Source: an uncultured Alphaproteobacteria bacterium (GTDB lineage Bacteria > Pseudomonadota > Alphaproteobacteria > Rhodospirillales > Defluviicoccaceae). Taken from it: a stretch of 64,000 bases of DNA. The notes below the pieces were generated by a model that had not been told where the DNA came from, ran no database searches, and saw nothing but the letters and a program-made list of their open reading frames with translations. Location of the stretch: NCBI GenBank assembly GCA_963786265.1, contig CAWAYT010000003.1, positions 2,152 through 66,151 of the forward strand. Reading direction: 5' to 3'. Shown piece by piece: positions 22,622-32,959 of this stretch. Position 1 is the first letter of the stretch, and each line of letters opens with the position of its first letter. A program made the translations under genes and the position numbers.

Positions 22622-23160
22622 TCACTGCGGCTGCGACCGCAGCCATTCGATGAAGCGGGCAGTTTGCGGGTCCGTGCGCTGACCCACCAAGGTGACAACC
22701 GCGATCTTGTCGCCCGTCGCCTCGTAAATGCTCCATACGGTATGGTGCACGCCGGGGCTCCATTCGATGATTCGGTGCACGCCGGGGCTCCATTCGATGC
22801 TTCGGTGCACGCCGGACTTGTCAGTAAAGCCAGAGTCCCACCTTGGATTTAACCACCGCGACGTTGCCAGATACGTATTTGCCGATGATCGTGGCGTGGT
22901 TGTTAGCCGCCCACGCGGCGCTCCAGTTCCTTCCGGATCGCAGTCTTGCCGACACAAGGGGTCCAGCATAGGCCCCCTCCTTGGACGATCGCGTCATCGC
23001 TATACAGAGCGAGCGCCGCGGCCACATCGCCGCGGCTTTCGGCCGCCATATCTCGCTTCGCAAGCAATGCTGGATCTACCTGGGCTGGCGCCGGCGTGGA
23101 CACGGCAAGGGCGAGCAGGGACGCTAACAAGGTCGCGAGACAGATAGTGCGCTCATTCAT
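22622..23160 (-). CDS. Exported SnoaL/NTF2-like protein (frameshifted)
   Basis: Signal peptide, then GDVAAALALYSDDAIV..CVGKTAIRKEL. Confidence 0.6.
22744..22813. repeat. 30-nt tandem repeat, about 2.4 copies
   Basis: GGTGCACGCCGGGGCTCCATTCGATG(A/C)TTC units. Confidence 0.9.
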
Positions 23161-23408
23161 CGACTCGCCTCCTGTTCGAGATCTATCTCGGAAAATCAGG
23201 GCAACGCGACTTGCAGAAAGCGAGTTGCAGTCTGTCGAGGGTGCGCTCGACGCCTCGCGCACAACTTCAAGAGATTTCTCCATCCCAGAAAGATAGCGGC
23301 TACGACTTCGGGATGTCTGAAATCGATCGTTCTGGAATTGAGTTTGCTCGCGCGCGGAAATGATTGCGGGTTTGTTGGCGGCACTGCTTAGTGGATTGTG
23401 CTTTGGTG

Positions 23409-24428
23409 CTACGCCATCGTCAGCACCATCCGGAAGCGCGCATCGCCCCGCATCATCCGCGCGTAGGCCTCTGCGGCGCGCGCGCGAGCGGCATTGTCTC
23501 GATCATCGGACGCACGCCCGACAGCGCGCTGAACGCGAGCGTGTCCTGCGAAATCGATCGACGCGCCGGCGGCGTGACCGACGACGCTGCGGCTCGCGCC
23601 AATCAGTTGCAGCGGCGAGACCTGGATCGGCTCGGCGTCGACGCCCACCACGATGAGCCGGCCGCGCACCGCGAGCCCCTCGATCACGGGCGTCATCGCC
23701 TTGGCGCTGGTGACGGTCGCCAGCACCGCCCGCGCGCCGCCGAGGCGGTTGAGTGCCGCCGCCACGTCCTCGGTCGCGCTGTCGATGAAGTGGTGCGCGC
23801 CGAGCTTGCGCGACAGCGCCTCCTTGTCGGCGCCGCGTGCGATCGCGACAGTGCGGAAGCCGAGTTTGTTTGCGAACTGCACGCCGAGATGGCCGAGGCC
23901 GCCGACCCCCAGGATCGCGACCACGTCGCCCGGCATCGCCCCGCTGTGGCGGAGCGCATTGAAGGTCGTGACCCCGGCGCAGAGCAGCGGCGCGGCTTCG
24001 GCGGCGCCAAGCTCGTCGGGGATCGCGGCGAGCGCGTCGGCCGGGGCCACCATCGCTTCGGCATAGCCGCCGTCGTACGAGATGCCGGGAATGCGCAGGT
24101 TGCGGCAGTCGATCAGCCAGCCGCGCCGGCACGGCTCGCAATGTCCGCAATGCCCTCCAAACCAGCCGACGCCGACGCGCTGCCCGGCGCGCCAGCCGAC
24201 CACGCCGGCGCCGAGTGCATCGATCACGCCGGCGATCTCGTGCCCGGGATGCGCGGGAAGGAGAGGCCGGGCCACTGCCCTTCGACGGTGAGACTGTCGC
24301 TGTGGCACACGCCGCAGGCCTCGACGCGGACGCGGACCTCGCCCTGCGCCGGCTCGGGCAACATCGCGCTCAACGAGTTCAAGCGAGCCGCCAGCCCGCG
24401 CCACCTGCACCGCCCGCATCTTTGCCAT
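23409..24428 (-). CDS. Zn-dependent alcohol dehydrogenase, AdhP-like (frameshifted)
   Basis: CGVCHSD, GHE, CGHCEPCRRG..C, LLCAGVT and GVGGLG motifs. Confidence 0.93.
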   Translation of the reverse strand: MAKMRAVQVARAGGSLELVERDVARAGAGRGPRPRRGLRRVPQRQSHRRRAVARPLLPAHPGHEIAGVIDALGAGVVGWRAGQRVGVGWFGGHCGHCEPCRRGWLIDCRNLRIPGISYDGGYAEAMVAPADALAAIPDELGAAEAAPLLCAGVTTFNALRHSGAMPGDVVAILGVGGLGHLGVQFANKLGFRTVAIARGADKEALSRKLGAHHFIDSATEDVAAALNRLGGARAVLATVTSAKAMTPVIEGLAVRGRLIVVGVDAEPIQVSPLQLIGASRSVVGHAAGASIDFAGHARVQRAVGRASDDRDNAARARAAEAYARMMRGDARFRMVLTMA

Positions 24429-24698
24429 CGCCGCCTCCTGGTCGGGCGCACAGTGCCGCGCCCGGTGCCGGTCAGCCGAAAAGTGAGAGTCGATGGATGC
24501 GGTGTTCCCACCCCAGGCCCGACGGTGGGTGTAAGGATAGACCCGGGTTGATCCGGCGGCAACAGCACAGTCCGGGCACTGTGGCTTACTCATTGGTCCG
24601 GGTTTTTGTAGCGCCTGATCTGTCCGGATTTACAACCGCTCGAAACGGGAGCGGGCGATGGGCCGGGCGGAGGTGCTGCAAAGGGGTAAGGGAGATGG

Positions 24699-24850
24699 TG
24701 AAGTTCCCCCGAAAAAGTGGACGCTGGTTACGCGGCCTGAAGCTCTGCCTGTTCGGCGGTGAGGTAGCCGAGGGCGGAGTGGAGCCGCTGACGGTTGTAG
24801 TATCCTTCGATATAGGCGAACAGGTCACGCTTGGCCGCCTCGTGGGTCGC
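24699..24850 (-). mobile_element. IS3-family right-end relic
   Basis: LFAYIEGYYNRQRLHSALGYLT, then an end reading GTCCACTTTTTCGGGGGAACTTCA. Confidence 0.8.
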
Positions 24851-24923
24851 ATCTCGAATGGCAGGCGGAAGGGCTGAAGGCGCTCTTGCCTCGGGACCGA
24901 CGAACGAACTCGCGTGGATGATC

Positions 24924-25298
24924 CTCTCTCTTGGGCCGTTTTCTCCGCAGGCTGGGAACTGCGCCAATTTAGTACCCAGCTTGTGATTTCAATGTTCTCA
25001 ATTGCTTGCGGGGGTGACGGCCGGGTACCAGTTCGAAAACGCGATTGCTAGGCGCAACGTTCTGCAAATGTTCCATGGAGGTGCCGCGCGGCGCTCTCCT
25101 CGGCTCGCACGCGGGTCAACATGAAAAGTTGCGGACGCCAGGCACGGCGGGGAGCGGACGAGCTGACGGCGGTTTGCGACCTCGTTTAGCGTCTGTTGCC
25201 GGGAGGGCTATTGCCGTCGCAGTACGAGCATCGTCGATATCGCGGCTGGCGGAAAGCCGACGCCCGTCCATAGGAAAGCGGAAACCAGTATTGGGCAC
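24924..25298 (+). repeat. Island-end repeat, copy 2 (right part)
   Basis: Aligns with 60015-60165 and 60318-60496. Confidence 0.85.
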
Positions 25299-25358
25299 AC
25301 CTCGCCATGCGTGCAACGCGACGCTTCATCCCCACCAGGCGACTCCGAGTATCACTAG

Positions 25359-26885
25359 CAGGCTGTTGAAGAAGTGCCTGGTTCGGCCGACATCGGCATG
25401 ATTCACTGTCAGTTTGGAGGTCGGGGGATTGATGCGCGGCGGAGACGAGCGGTCGGGGGAGTTGTTCAGCTACATCGACCTGGAGGCGCGGGTTCGGCGG
25501 GATCATCCGCTGCGGGCGATCCGGGAGATCGCGAACGTGGCGCTGGAGGCGCTGGAGCGCGGACTTCGCGGCGCTGTACTCGCGGATGGGTCGGCCCTCG
25601 ATCCCGCCGGAGCGGCTGTTGCGGGCGATGCTGCTGCAGGCGTTCTACTCGATCCGCTCGGAGCGGCAGCTGATGGAGCGGCTGGAGTACGACCTGCTGT
25701 TCCGCTGGTTCGTCGGGCTCGGCATGGACGATGCGGTGTGGGACCACTCGATGTTCTCGAAGAACCGCGACCGGCTGCTGGAGGGCGAGATCGCCGGCGA
25801 GTTCCTCGCCGCGGTGCTGGCGCAGCCGCGGGTGAAGCGGCTGCTGTCGAGCGAGCACTTCTCGGTCGACGGCACGCTGATCGAGGCCTGGGCCTCGATG
25901 AAGAGCTTCAGGCCGAAGGACGGCACTCCGCCGCCGAGACGGTGGCGATGCCGGTACGGGCGGCGGCGGGCGCAACGCCGACGGCGACTTCCAGGGCGAG
26001 AAGCGCTCGAACGACGACGCATGCCTCGACGACCGATCCCGACGCCGGCTCTACCGCAAGGGGCCAGGCATGGAGGCGAAGCTGTGCTTCATCGGCCACG
26101 GGCTGATGGAGAACCGCACGGGCCTGATGGTCGATGCCTGGCTGACACGGCTGGCGGGCATGCCGAGCGGGTGGCGGCGCTGGACATGATCGAGCCTCGG
26201 GCCGATCGGCCGCGGGCGATCACGCTCGGCGCCGACAAGGGCTACGACGCAGGAGACTTCGTCGACGAGCTGCGCTCGATGAACGTGACGCCCGCATGTG
26301 GCGCAGAACACCAGCGGCCGGCAGCTCGGCGATCGACGGGCGCACGACGCGGCATCGCCGGCTACGCCGTCAGCCAGCGCATCCGCAAGCGCATCGAGGA
26401 GGCGTTCGGCTGGATCAAGACGGTCGCCGGCCATGAGCAAGACCAGGTTCCGCGGCCTGTGATCGGGTCGGACTGGGCCTTCACCTTCGCGGCCGCCGCC
26501 TACAACCTGGTGCGGCTGCCCAAGCTGCTCGCGGAGGCGCCGCCGTGAGCACACCCATGGACTGTCAGTTGATCGGCCGCTGGCGGATCGTCGAGGCGGA
26601 TATCTGGGACAGCGACTTTCTCGACCTGGTCGAGCCGGCCATGATCGTCATCGAGGCCGACGGCCACGGCGAGATCGCCTTCGGAGCCATGCAGGCCGGC
26701 CTCGACGTCGACTACGCCCGGACGCTGGTCTTCTTCACCTGGGCCGGCTTCGACGAGAGAGACCAAGTCACCGGATCCGGATCGGCCGAACTCCAAGACG
26801 ACGGCACGCTCGAAATCGAGTTCGCCTACCACTTCGGCGACGAGGCAGCCCTCAAGGCCGAGCGCGTGAATTCTTCAACAGCCTG
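25359..26885 (+). mobile_element. IS5-family element carrying a passenger ORF
   Basis: Perfect IRs CAGGCTGTTGAAGAA / TTCTTCAACAGCCTG; CTAG at 25355-25358 and 26886-26889. Confidence 0.93.
25432..26548 (+). CDS. IS5 transposase (frameshifted)
   Basis: GRPSIPPE, VDGTLIEAWAS, GADKGYD and RKRIEEAFGWIK motifs. Confidence 0.92.
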
Positions 26886-26889
26886 CTAG
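26545..26889 (+). CDS. IS5 passenger protein, small acidic and beta-rich
   Basis: 114 aa; GTGA overlap with the transposase stop; its TAG stop lies in the CTAG target site. Confidence 0.75.
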   Translation: MSTPMDCQLIGRWRIVEADIWDSDFLDLVEPAMIVIEADGHGEIAFGAMQAGLDVDYARTLVFFTWAGFDERDQVTGSGSAELQDDGTLEIEFAYHFGDEAALKAERVNSSTAC

Positions 26890-28447
26890 TCTTACTCAGT
26901 CTGAGTCACAAAGCTGCAGTATGAAGTGTCTGCGGCCTCAGCTATCAGGATATGGTATTGCACGGGGTATTTTCCGACTATATCCGAGGCTGCGATGGAC
27001 CGCCTGTCCCGTGACGAGAGTGAATCGCGCTTTTCGGCCTATGTCGAGGGTGCTTGTCGGCGTGATCGGCCATGCCGATCGGGCGGTGCCGCTGCGGGAT
27101 TACTGCCTCGGGCTGCTGATGCCCGGCGAGCGCAAGAGCGTGGAGCCGATGGCGGCGGTGACGGCGCCGGCGCGGGTGGCGGCGCAGCACCAGTCGCTGC
27201 TGCATTTTGTCGGCAAGGCGCCGTGGTCGGACGAGCGGGTGCTGGCCAAGGTGCGCGAGATGGTGCTGCCGGCGATCGAGCGGCAGCGGGCCGATCGAGG
27301 CGTGGATCATCGACGATACCGGCTTTCCCAAGAAGGGGCGGCACTCGGTCGGCGTGGCGCGGCAGTATTGCGGCCAGCTCGGCAAGCAGGACAATTGCCA
27401 GGTGGCGGTGACGCTGTCGCTGGCCAACCACGCCGCCAGCCTGCCAGTGGCCTATCGGCTCTATCTGCCGGAAGACTGGGCGGCCGATACCGACGCGGCG
27501 CGACAAGGCCGGGGTGCCGAGGACGATCGGCTTTGCGACCAAGCCAGAGATCGCGCTCGAGCAGATCCGTGCCGCTGTGCGCGGCCGGCCTGCCGCCGGG
27601 CGTGGTGCTGATGGACGCCGGCTATGGCAACGACACGCGAGCTGCGCACCGAGATCACCGCGCTCGGCCTGGCCTATGTCGCCGGCATTCAGCCGAACAC
27701 CACGGTCTGGCCGCCCGGGCACCGGGCCGCTGCCGCCGAAAGCCTGGTCCGGGCGCGGCCGGCCGACGAGCCGGATCCGCCGCGACCCCGAGCACCAGCC
27801 GGTCTCGGTCAAGGCGCTCGCCCTCGGCCTGCCCGAAGCGGCCTGGCAGACGATCACATGGCGCGAGGGCTCGGCCGATTGGCTCACCTCGCGCTTTGCG
27901 CGGCTGCGCGTGCGCGTCGCCCATCGCGATGACCGGCTGAAGCGAGCGCAGAGCCGAAGAATGGCTGCTGATCGAATGGCCGGACGGACGAGACCGAGCC
28001 GACCAAATACTGGCTCTCGACCCTCCCGGACCGACATCCCCTTCGATCGCCTGGTCGATCTCGCCAAGCTGCGCTGGCGCATCGAGCGCGATTATCAGGA
28101 GCTCAAGCAGGAGCTCGGGCTCGGCCACTACGAGGGGCGCGGCTGGCGCGGCTTCCACCATCACGCCACGCTCTGCATCGCCGCCTACGGCTTCCTGATC
28201 TCCGAGCGGGAGACGATTCCCCCCTCAGGACCATCGTGCCGCCCCGATATTCCCGGCGCCTGCCCTTCCCGATGGTTACCGACCCCGAGGCGCCGCCGAT
28301 CCGGCCCGAACGGCACATCCCGAACTCGATCGCCACCATGCGCCGACGCCTCATCGCCGCTCTCGCCAGGAGCCTCGACCGATGTCCCTGCTGCAACGCG
28401 CCTGCGCAAACCCAGCCACATCCCTCGACGCTTATGACACAGTAAGA
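26890..28447 (+). mobile_element. IS701-family element
   Basis: Ends TCTTACT..GTCACAA / TTATGACACAGTAAGA; CTAG on both flanks. Confidence 0.88.
26995..28445 (+). CDS. IS701 transposase (frameshifted)
   Basis: RKSVEPMA, IDDTGFPKKG, QYCGQLGKQDNCQ, DAGYG and RWRIERDYQELKQELGL motifs. Confidence 0.92.
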
Positions 28448-28481
28448 CTAGGTACTAGCGCTTTGGGTCATAACCGCACAC

Positions 28482-30280
28482 CTATCCCCCAAGAAGATAA
28501 CGCTTAATGAATGGTGTGGTAGCCTGAGGCTTAACGGGCACAAGCTGACTTCCGCATCTCTCGAAGTAAACACCATCATATTGGCTAGGGTCTTCCTGTG
28601 CCTGGGAATCAAATACATATACGGTACGATCATAATAGCGAACCGCCTTTAGGTTCCTAGCAAGATATCCGCGAAGAGGTTCAGAAACAGGAGAATTTCG
28701 GATCTTCTCGACAACCATGTTAAAAAATTGATCAGAATTCTTCTTGGATGTTAAAATTTCGTGATCTATGCCAGTGATAAAAATCCCCCGAACGTCCTTG
28801 GCTTTGTCCTATATAGCGATTCGACTCTGCTGGCTGTGGCTAGTTTATCAATAATACCGATGAGCACATACCCCCTTGCCCCTCGCATAATATTTGCAAT
28901 TCCCACACATGTCTGAAGTATTTTGGCGAAGCTATCGTTGTCGAACTGCGAAGATTGATCCAAAACTAGAAATCCCTGTTTGAAGTCATATGCATTCTGC
29001 TCGGTATACGATTGCGACAAAATATTTTCTAATTGGGTTACCCAATGTACTGTTGCGGGGTCTACAATGGTAGCCGGACCAAACGCCTTCCTATACATTC
29101 CGCATACGCTTTGCACAGTAGTCTGCCGAACATCGCTACCCCATCGACCTCCCTCAGGAATACTTATCTGGCTTCCATTGTCTCGCATCTTTTGTATCAG
29201 TAGATTCCTATCTGTAACCTCCATCTGCTCTCGTACGATCAGTTCGAAAAACGCCAAAAAAACAGCCTGAAAGTACCGAGGAGCCCTGGGTGGCTGTTTA
29301 CCGAAAAGAAGAACACCAAACGTTAAACCAGAACGTTCCAGTGTAAGTTTGATCTCGTCCAACGTACGTTGGAAGTCATTTACCACCAGCTCGGCGGTGC
29401 GCTTTTGAACGAAAAACTCGACTTCATTAAAGCGCGCATGTGAAGCATCATCATCACCCATACCGAAAAAATCATCGATGAACTCAGAACGAGAAGAAGT
29501 CGGGCTCTCACTCACCATGTACGCTACAATATCCGCTATTAATTCTTCATCGCGGCTTGCGCGAACCTGATCCTTGGTTAATATTCCTTGAGCTACCCAG
29601 AAGATATCGTCGACACTTATCCCATACGGTAATTCTCGATTTGTGATACTGATTTTTTTCATATCGTTTAGGCGTAGAAGGTCCGACGATGAATCGTCCC
29701 CACGCACTTTTGCCGCGATCTTTCGTACTACCTCTGCGAAATGGCCGGTGGAGCCAGCTGCGCGTAGCTCCTGCCTTGACAGCTTCCGTCCTCCGGAATT
29801 GATGCGTCGGAATACGGTATCGATGCTACCGACGTCCGCCGATTCGTATATGGACAGAGGGAGCAAGTAAGACGCTACCTGAACACACTTGTCGCGGGCC
29901 ATCACGGGTTGGCGCTGCTTAAGCTTGTCATCATCGAATAGGGCCTTTGTTATAGCCATTGTGTTCAGGTCGAAAAATGTGTCGTCAACTGCATAATCAT
30001 TTTCAATGAAGGACATAACAGCGTTTAGTCTCTGCATACCGTCGAGAATCTCGAAGGCATTTCGCCCCCTAGTCTTGTTCTCAGCCAGCAATATGATGGG
30101 GACAGGATATCCATGCAATATTGAGTCGATGAATGCGATCTTTTCATCTATAGTCCATATTAGTTTTCTCTGATAACGGCGGTTGACGAGGTATCTATTA
30201 TCGACGTAGTTGCCATAAGCGCGCTCGATTAATTCGCCACGAACCGTAAGATCTTGCGCCGAACTAGCGTCGGTGATCAT
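28482..30280 (-). CDS. DUF262 (GmrSD/ParB-like) protein with a C-terminal AlbA_2/Schlafen-like domain
   Basis: YQRKLIW, FIDSILHGYPVP, ILDGMQRL, FRRINSGG; then EQNAYDFKQG..CVGIAN..GYVLIGI; continues in 28482-28718 after a frameshift; low GC. Confidence 0.8.
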
Positions 30281-30519
30281 GTTTGTAATTCCCCTAGATT
30301 AATCCTTCGCACCGGCAGTCGCGTGAAGGCTGGTTGCACCGGATCACTGGCATCGCATACCCCCTGGATCCAGCAGGGTCGCCCTTAGCCGAGACCAGAA
30401 AGTATAACAACCAGAGGCCGGTATTGTCTCCTTCTGGCGAGCCTCGTCGATTGGCGGGCGTCGCTTCCCTACCGCCCGGGGAATGAATCGATCGGATCAA
30501 CAATCCCCTGCCGTGTTGG

Positions 30520-31311
30520 TCACTTCAGAAAGGCCGACAACACCGGTCGCCGCTCGACATGCTTCTGGACCGTGGCCCGCAGGCTGTCCATCGAGGCATC
30601 GAGATGGGCTGGCGTCAGATCGCCGCGCACCATGCCATATCGGAGAAAGACGCCGTAGGTTGCGAGCACGTCGGTCAGGCAGTAATCCGCCACTTCGCTC
30701 AGCCGGCCCGCTTCCACATAAGCCTCGACCTGACTGCCGTCGACGCCGTCGATCTTCACCGGAATGTCCGCCAGCGCCGCCATCTCGGCCAGGCTGGGCT
30801 TGGCTGAAGCACCATAGCCGGAGAGCACGTCGCAGAGATCGACGTGATCCTGTCCGAAGCGATGCCAGTAATCGCGACGACCACCGCCATGCAGCCCCGG
30901 CACCGGAACACCGAGTGCGAAGGCGCGATAGCGCAGCAGTGGCAGGTCGAAGCCGTTGCCGCCGAAGGTCACGAGGACCGGGCCGATCCCGCGGCCATCC
31001 ATCGGCAGGGCTTTCACGAAGCCGAGCAGCACCTCGGCCTCGGTCTTCTCCCCGACCAATCGGCTGCCGATCTGGGTCACCGTCCACGCGCCGCTGTCTT
31101 CCCGCTTGGCGTTGAGGGTGGCGATGCAGACGATCCGATAGATTGGCACCTTGAGGAATGCCGTCGTGGGATCCTCGCCATCGTGCGAATAGCGCTGGCC
31201 CAACAGCCGCCTGATCTCCGCATGGGGCATGCTGTCGGACTGGCCGAACAGGCGACGCGCCACCTCATAGTCGGGAACGGCCTCGATATCGAAAACAACC
31301 AACGTGGTCAT
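30520..31311 (-). CDS. Stand-alone DEDD 3'-5' exonuclease (PolB-exo-like)
   Basis: VFDIE, GNGFDLP, HVDLCD and YCLTDV motifs. Confidence 0.88.
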   Translation of the reverse strand: MTTLVVFDIEAVPDYEVARRLFGQSDSMPHAEIRRLLGQRYSHDGEDPTTAFLKVPIYRIVCIATLNAKREDSGAWTVTQIGSRLVGEKTEAEVLLGFVKALPMDGRGIGPVLVTFGGNGFDLPLLRYRAFALGVPVPGLHGGGRRDYWHRFGQDHVDLCDVLSGYGASAKPSLAEMAALADIPVKIDGVDGSQVEAYVEAGRLSEVADYCLTDVLATYGVFLRYGMVRGDLTPAHLDASMDSLRATVQKHVERRPVLSAFLK

Positions 31312-31644
31312 GGATCAATCCAATGCGTGACGGGAACCGTGCCGGAGCAGCACTTCCGACAACATCCAGGCCGAGGGCGCCGGGGATGGCGGCGAGCAGA
31401 TTATTTGCGATCGAACCTCTTGGTGGTCAGTGCCGGTTGGTCGGTCATGATCGACGACCCCGCCTCATCGTCTATAATTCTGCAGCGTCATCTCACCTCC
31501 GGACGCTGACGGGGATGTAATATCGATGTCCGCTTGACCTCGGTCTGCGAAAGCCGCAGTCATGAAACTCGGTTTCATCTCATCGGGGATGGCTTCGCGG
31601 AGTGCGCAGCCCGATCAATGGGCCGTGAGGGTCTTCGCGGAGGT

Positions 31645-31810
31645 TCTTATGCGGATCCGTATAAGATGCGGTGATAACAGGCGGCACGAGAGGTAACAAA
31701 TGGATTTTGAACGGATTTTCGGAGTTGCATGCGGCGCTTCATCGCGGGTTATACGAACCCGAACCCGGTTTTCCGCATCTTATGCGGATCCGTCTAATCA
31801 TGTGTTAGCC
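31645..31810 (+). promoter_or_regulatory. attI-like integron site with upstream repeats
   Basis: GTCTAAT-CATGT-GTTAGCC simple site; TCTTATGCGGATCCGT repeated at 31645 and 31778; 19-bp inverted repeat 31653-31671 / 31773-31791. Confidence 0.6.
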
Positions 31811-32820
31811 ACCACAGGAACACTTTGTGTCCAAACGCAAGACCCTACAGAAGACCCCACAGGAAGAGCGCGCAGTCGTCTTGGGTCAACCGAACAAGCG
31901 ACCCTACGGCGTACGGGTGCGCATTCACCTGCAGACTGCAGGCGCGCTCGGCTATGTTGAAGAGGTCTGTGTGTCTCTCCATACAGGTGCGTTCCTTTCA
32001 ATTGCGCCCACTCGTACCGCGCCTTGGGAAGGCGGGAAGAAGTACGTCGTCACATTGGAAGGCTTTCCTACGGCTGCCTCCGCTGAAGCGGCGGGCCGGC
32101 GCTTGGTTCAAGCGCTGCTCTGGGTGGCGGTAAGCACAGACGCACCACTCCGCCTCGAATACCTCAGTTACGTACCCGCCTCTGTGTTCGAGCGCAATCG
32201 CTCAACCGGCGCTACGTGCGAGGCCTACGCAGAGGTCGGCTATTCGCCCACGGTCGTACTGGGAGAGCTACAAGACGCATACGCGCTCCTTCCAGAGCCA
32301 GATAAGAAGCTTCTCCTGTCCATGGAAATCTTCTGCTCGGCGCGTCTCGAATTCGAGTTCAGAGGGCCATCTTCTTGACGCTCGTCTCTGCACTCGAGCC
32401 CCTCGCGCGCGAAGCGTCCCTTGGGGACAAGGTGGATGCGTTCGTCGCTGAATGCGTGGCCAAGCTGAAAACTTTGGGAGACATTCCGGCCGAACTTCGC
32501 GCTTCCCTTGAGGGTCGGCTGCTTAAACTGAGGAAGGAGTCAATCGGTCAAGCGCTAAGGCGCCTTGCGCGCGACACGCTACCCAATCAGCCAGACGCGG
32601 CGCAAGTGATAGACGAGGCATACGCCCTTCGTAGTCAACTGATCCACAGCGGCCTTCCAGCTGACCTCGACGTTGACCTTGACCGCGAGTCACGTGTTTT
32701 ATCGCGAATTATCAGGGACATATATGCCGGCATGCTCAACAGCAGCCTTGCGCGTGGTGGCTAACCCTTCCATCGAGTGGACAGCACCGGCAAGGCGGTG
32801 TCTGCCGCTCATGTCAAACG
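31805..32820 (+). mobile_element. Integron gene cassette
   Basis: Starts at G|TTAGCC; single promoterless ORF whose stop lies in the complementary GGCTAAC; ends at G|TTAG. Confidence 0.85.
31827..32764 (+). CDS. HEPN-domain protein (frameshift near 32355)
   Basis: LVSALEPL...ESIGQALR...YALRSQLIHSG (R-x4-H motif). Confidence 0.72.
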
Positions 32821-32826
32821 TTAGCA
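32759..32826 (+). other. attC recombination site, 68 bp
   Basis: GGCTAAC CCTTC CATCGAG TGGACAGCACCG GCAAGG CGGTGTCTGCCG CTCATG TCAAAC GTTAGCA; the L boxes pair with one extra C. Confidence 0.88.
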
Positions 32827-32959
32827 AGTAGCCCGGATTGCGTTGCTACGCGGCGTGCCGCTCGGTTCCGCTCTTGCCCCAATCGCAGACGCTACGGGCG
32901 GCGGCTTTGCACCATCTTCATGTCTCTTATTGGCAATCCTGCGCCGCTGTCCCAGCTGC

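Noticed and set aside
22744-22813. Mini CRISPR array
   Set aside because: Head-to-tail 30-nt duplication with no spacers, in frame within a gene.
31311-31645. Integron integrase next to the attI-like site
   Set aside because: No tyrosine-recombinase motifs; the exonuclease gene occupies that position.
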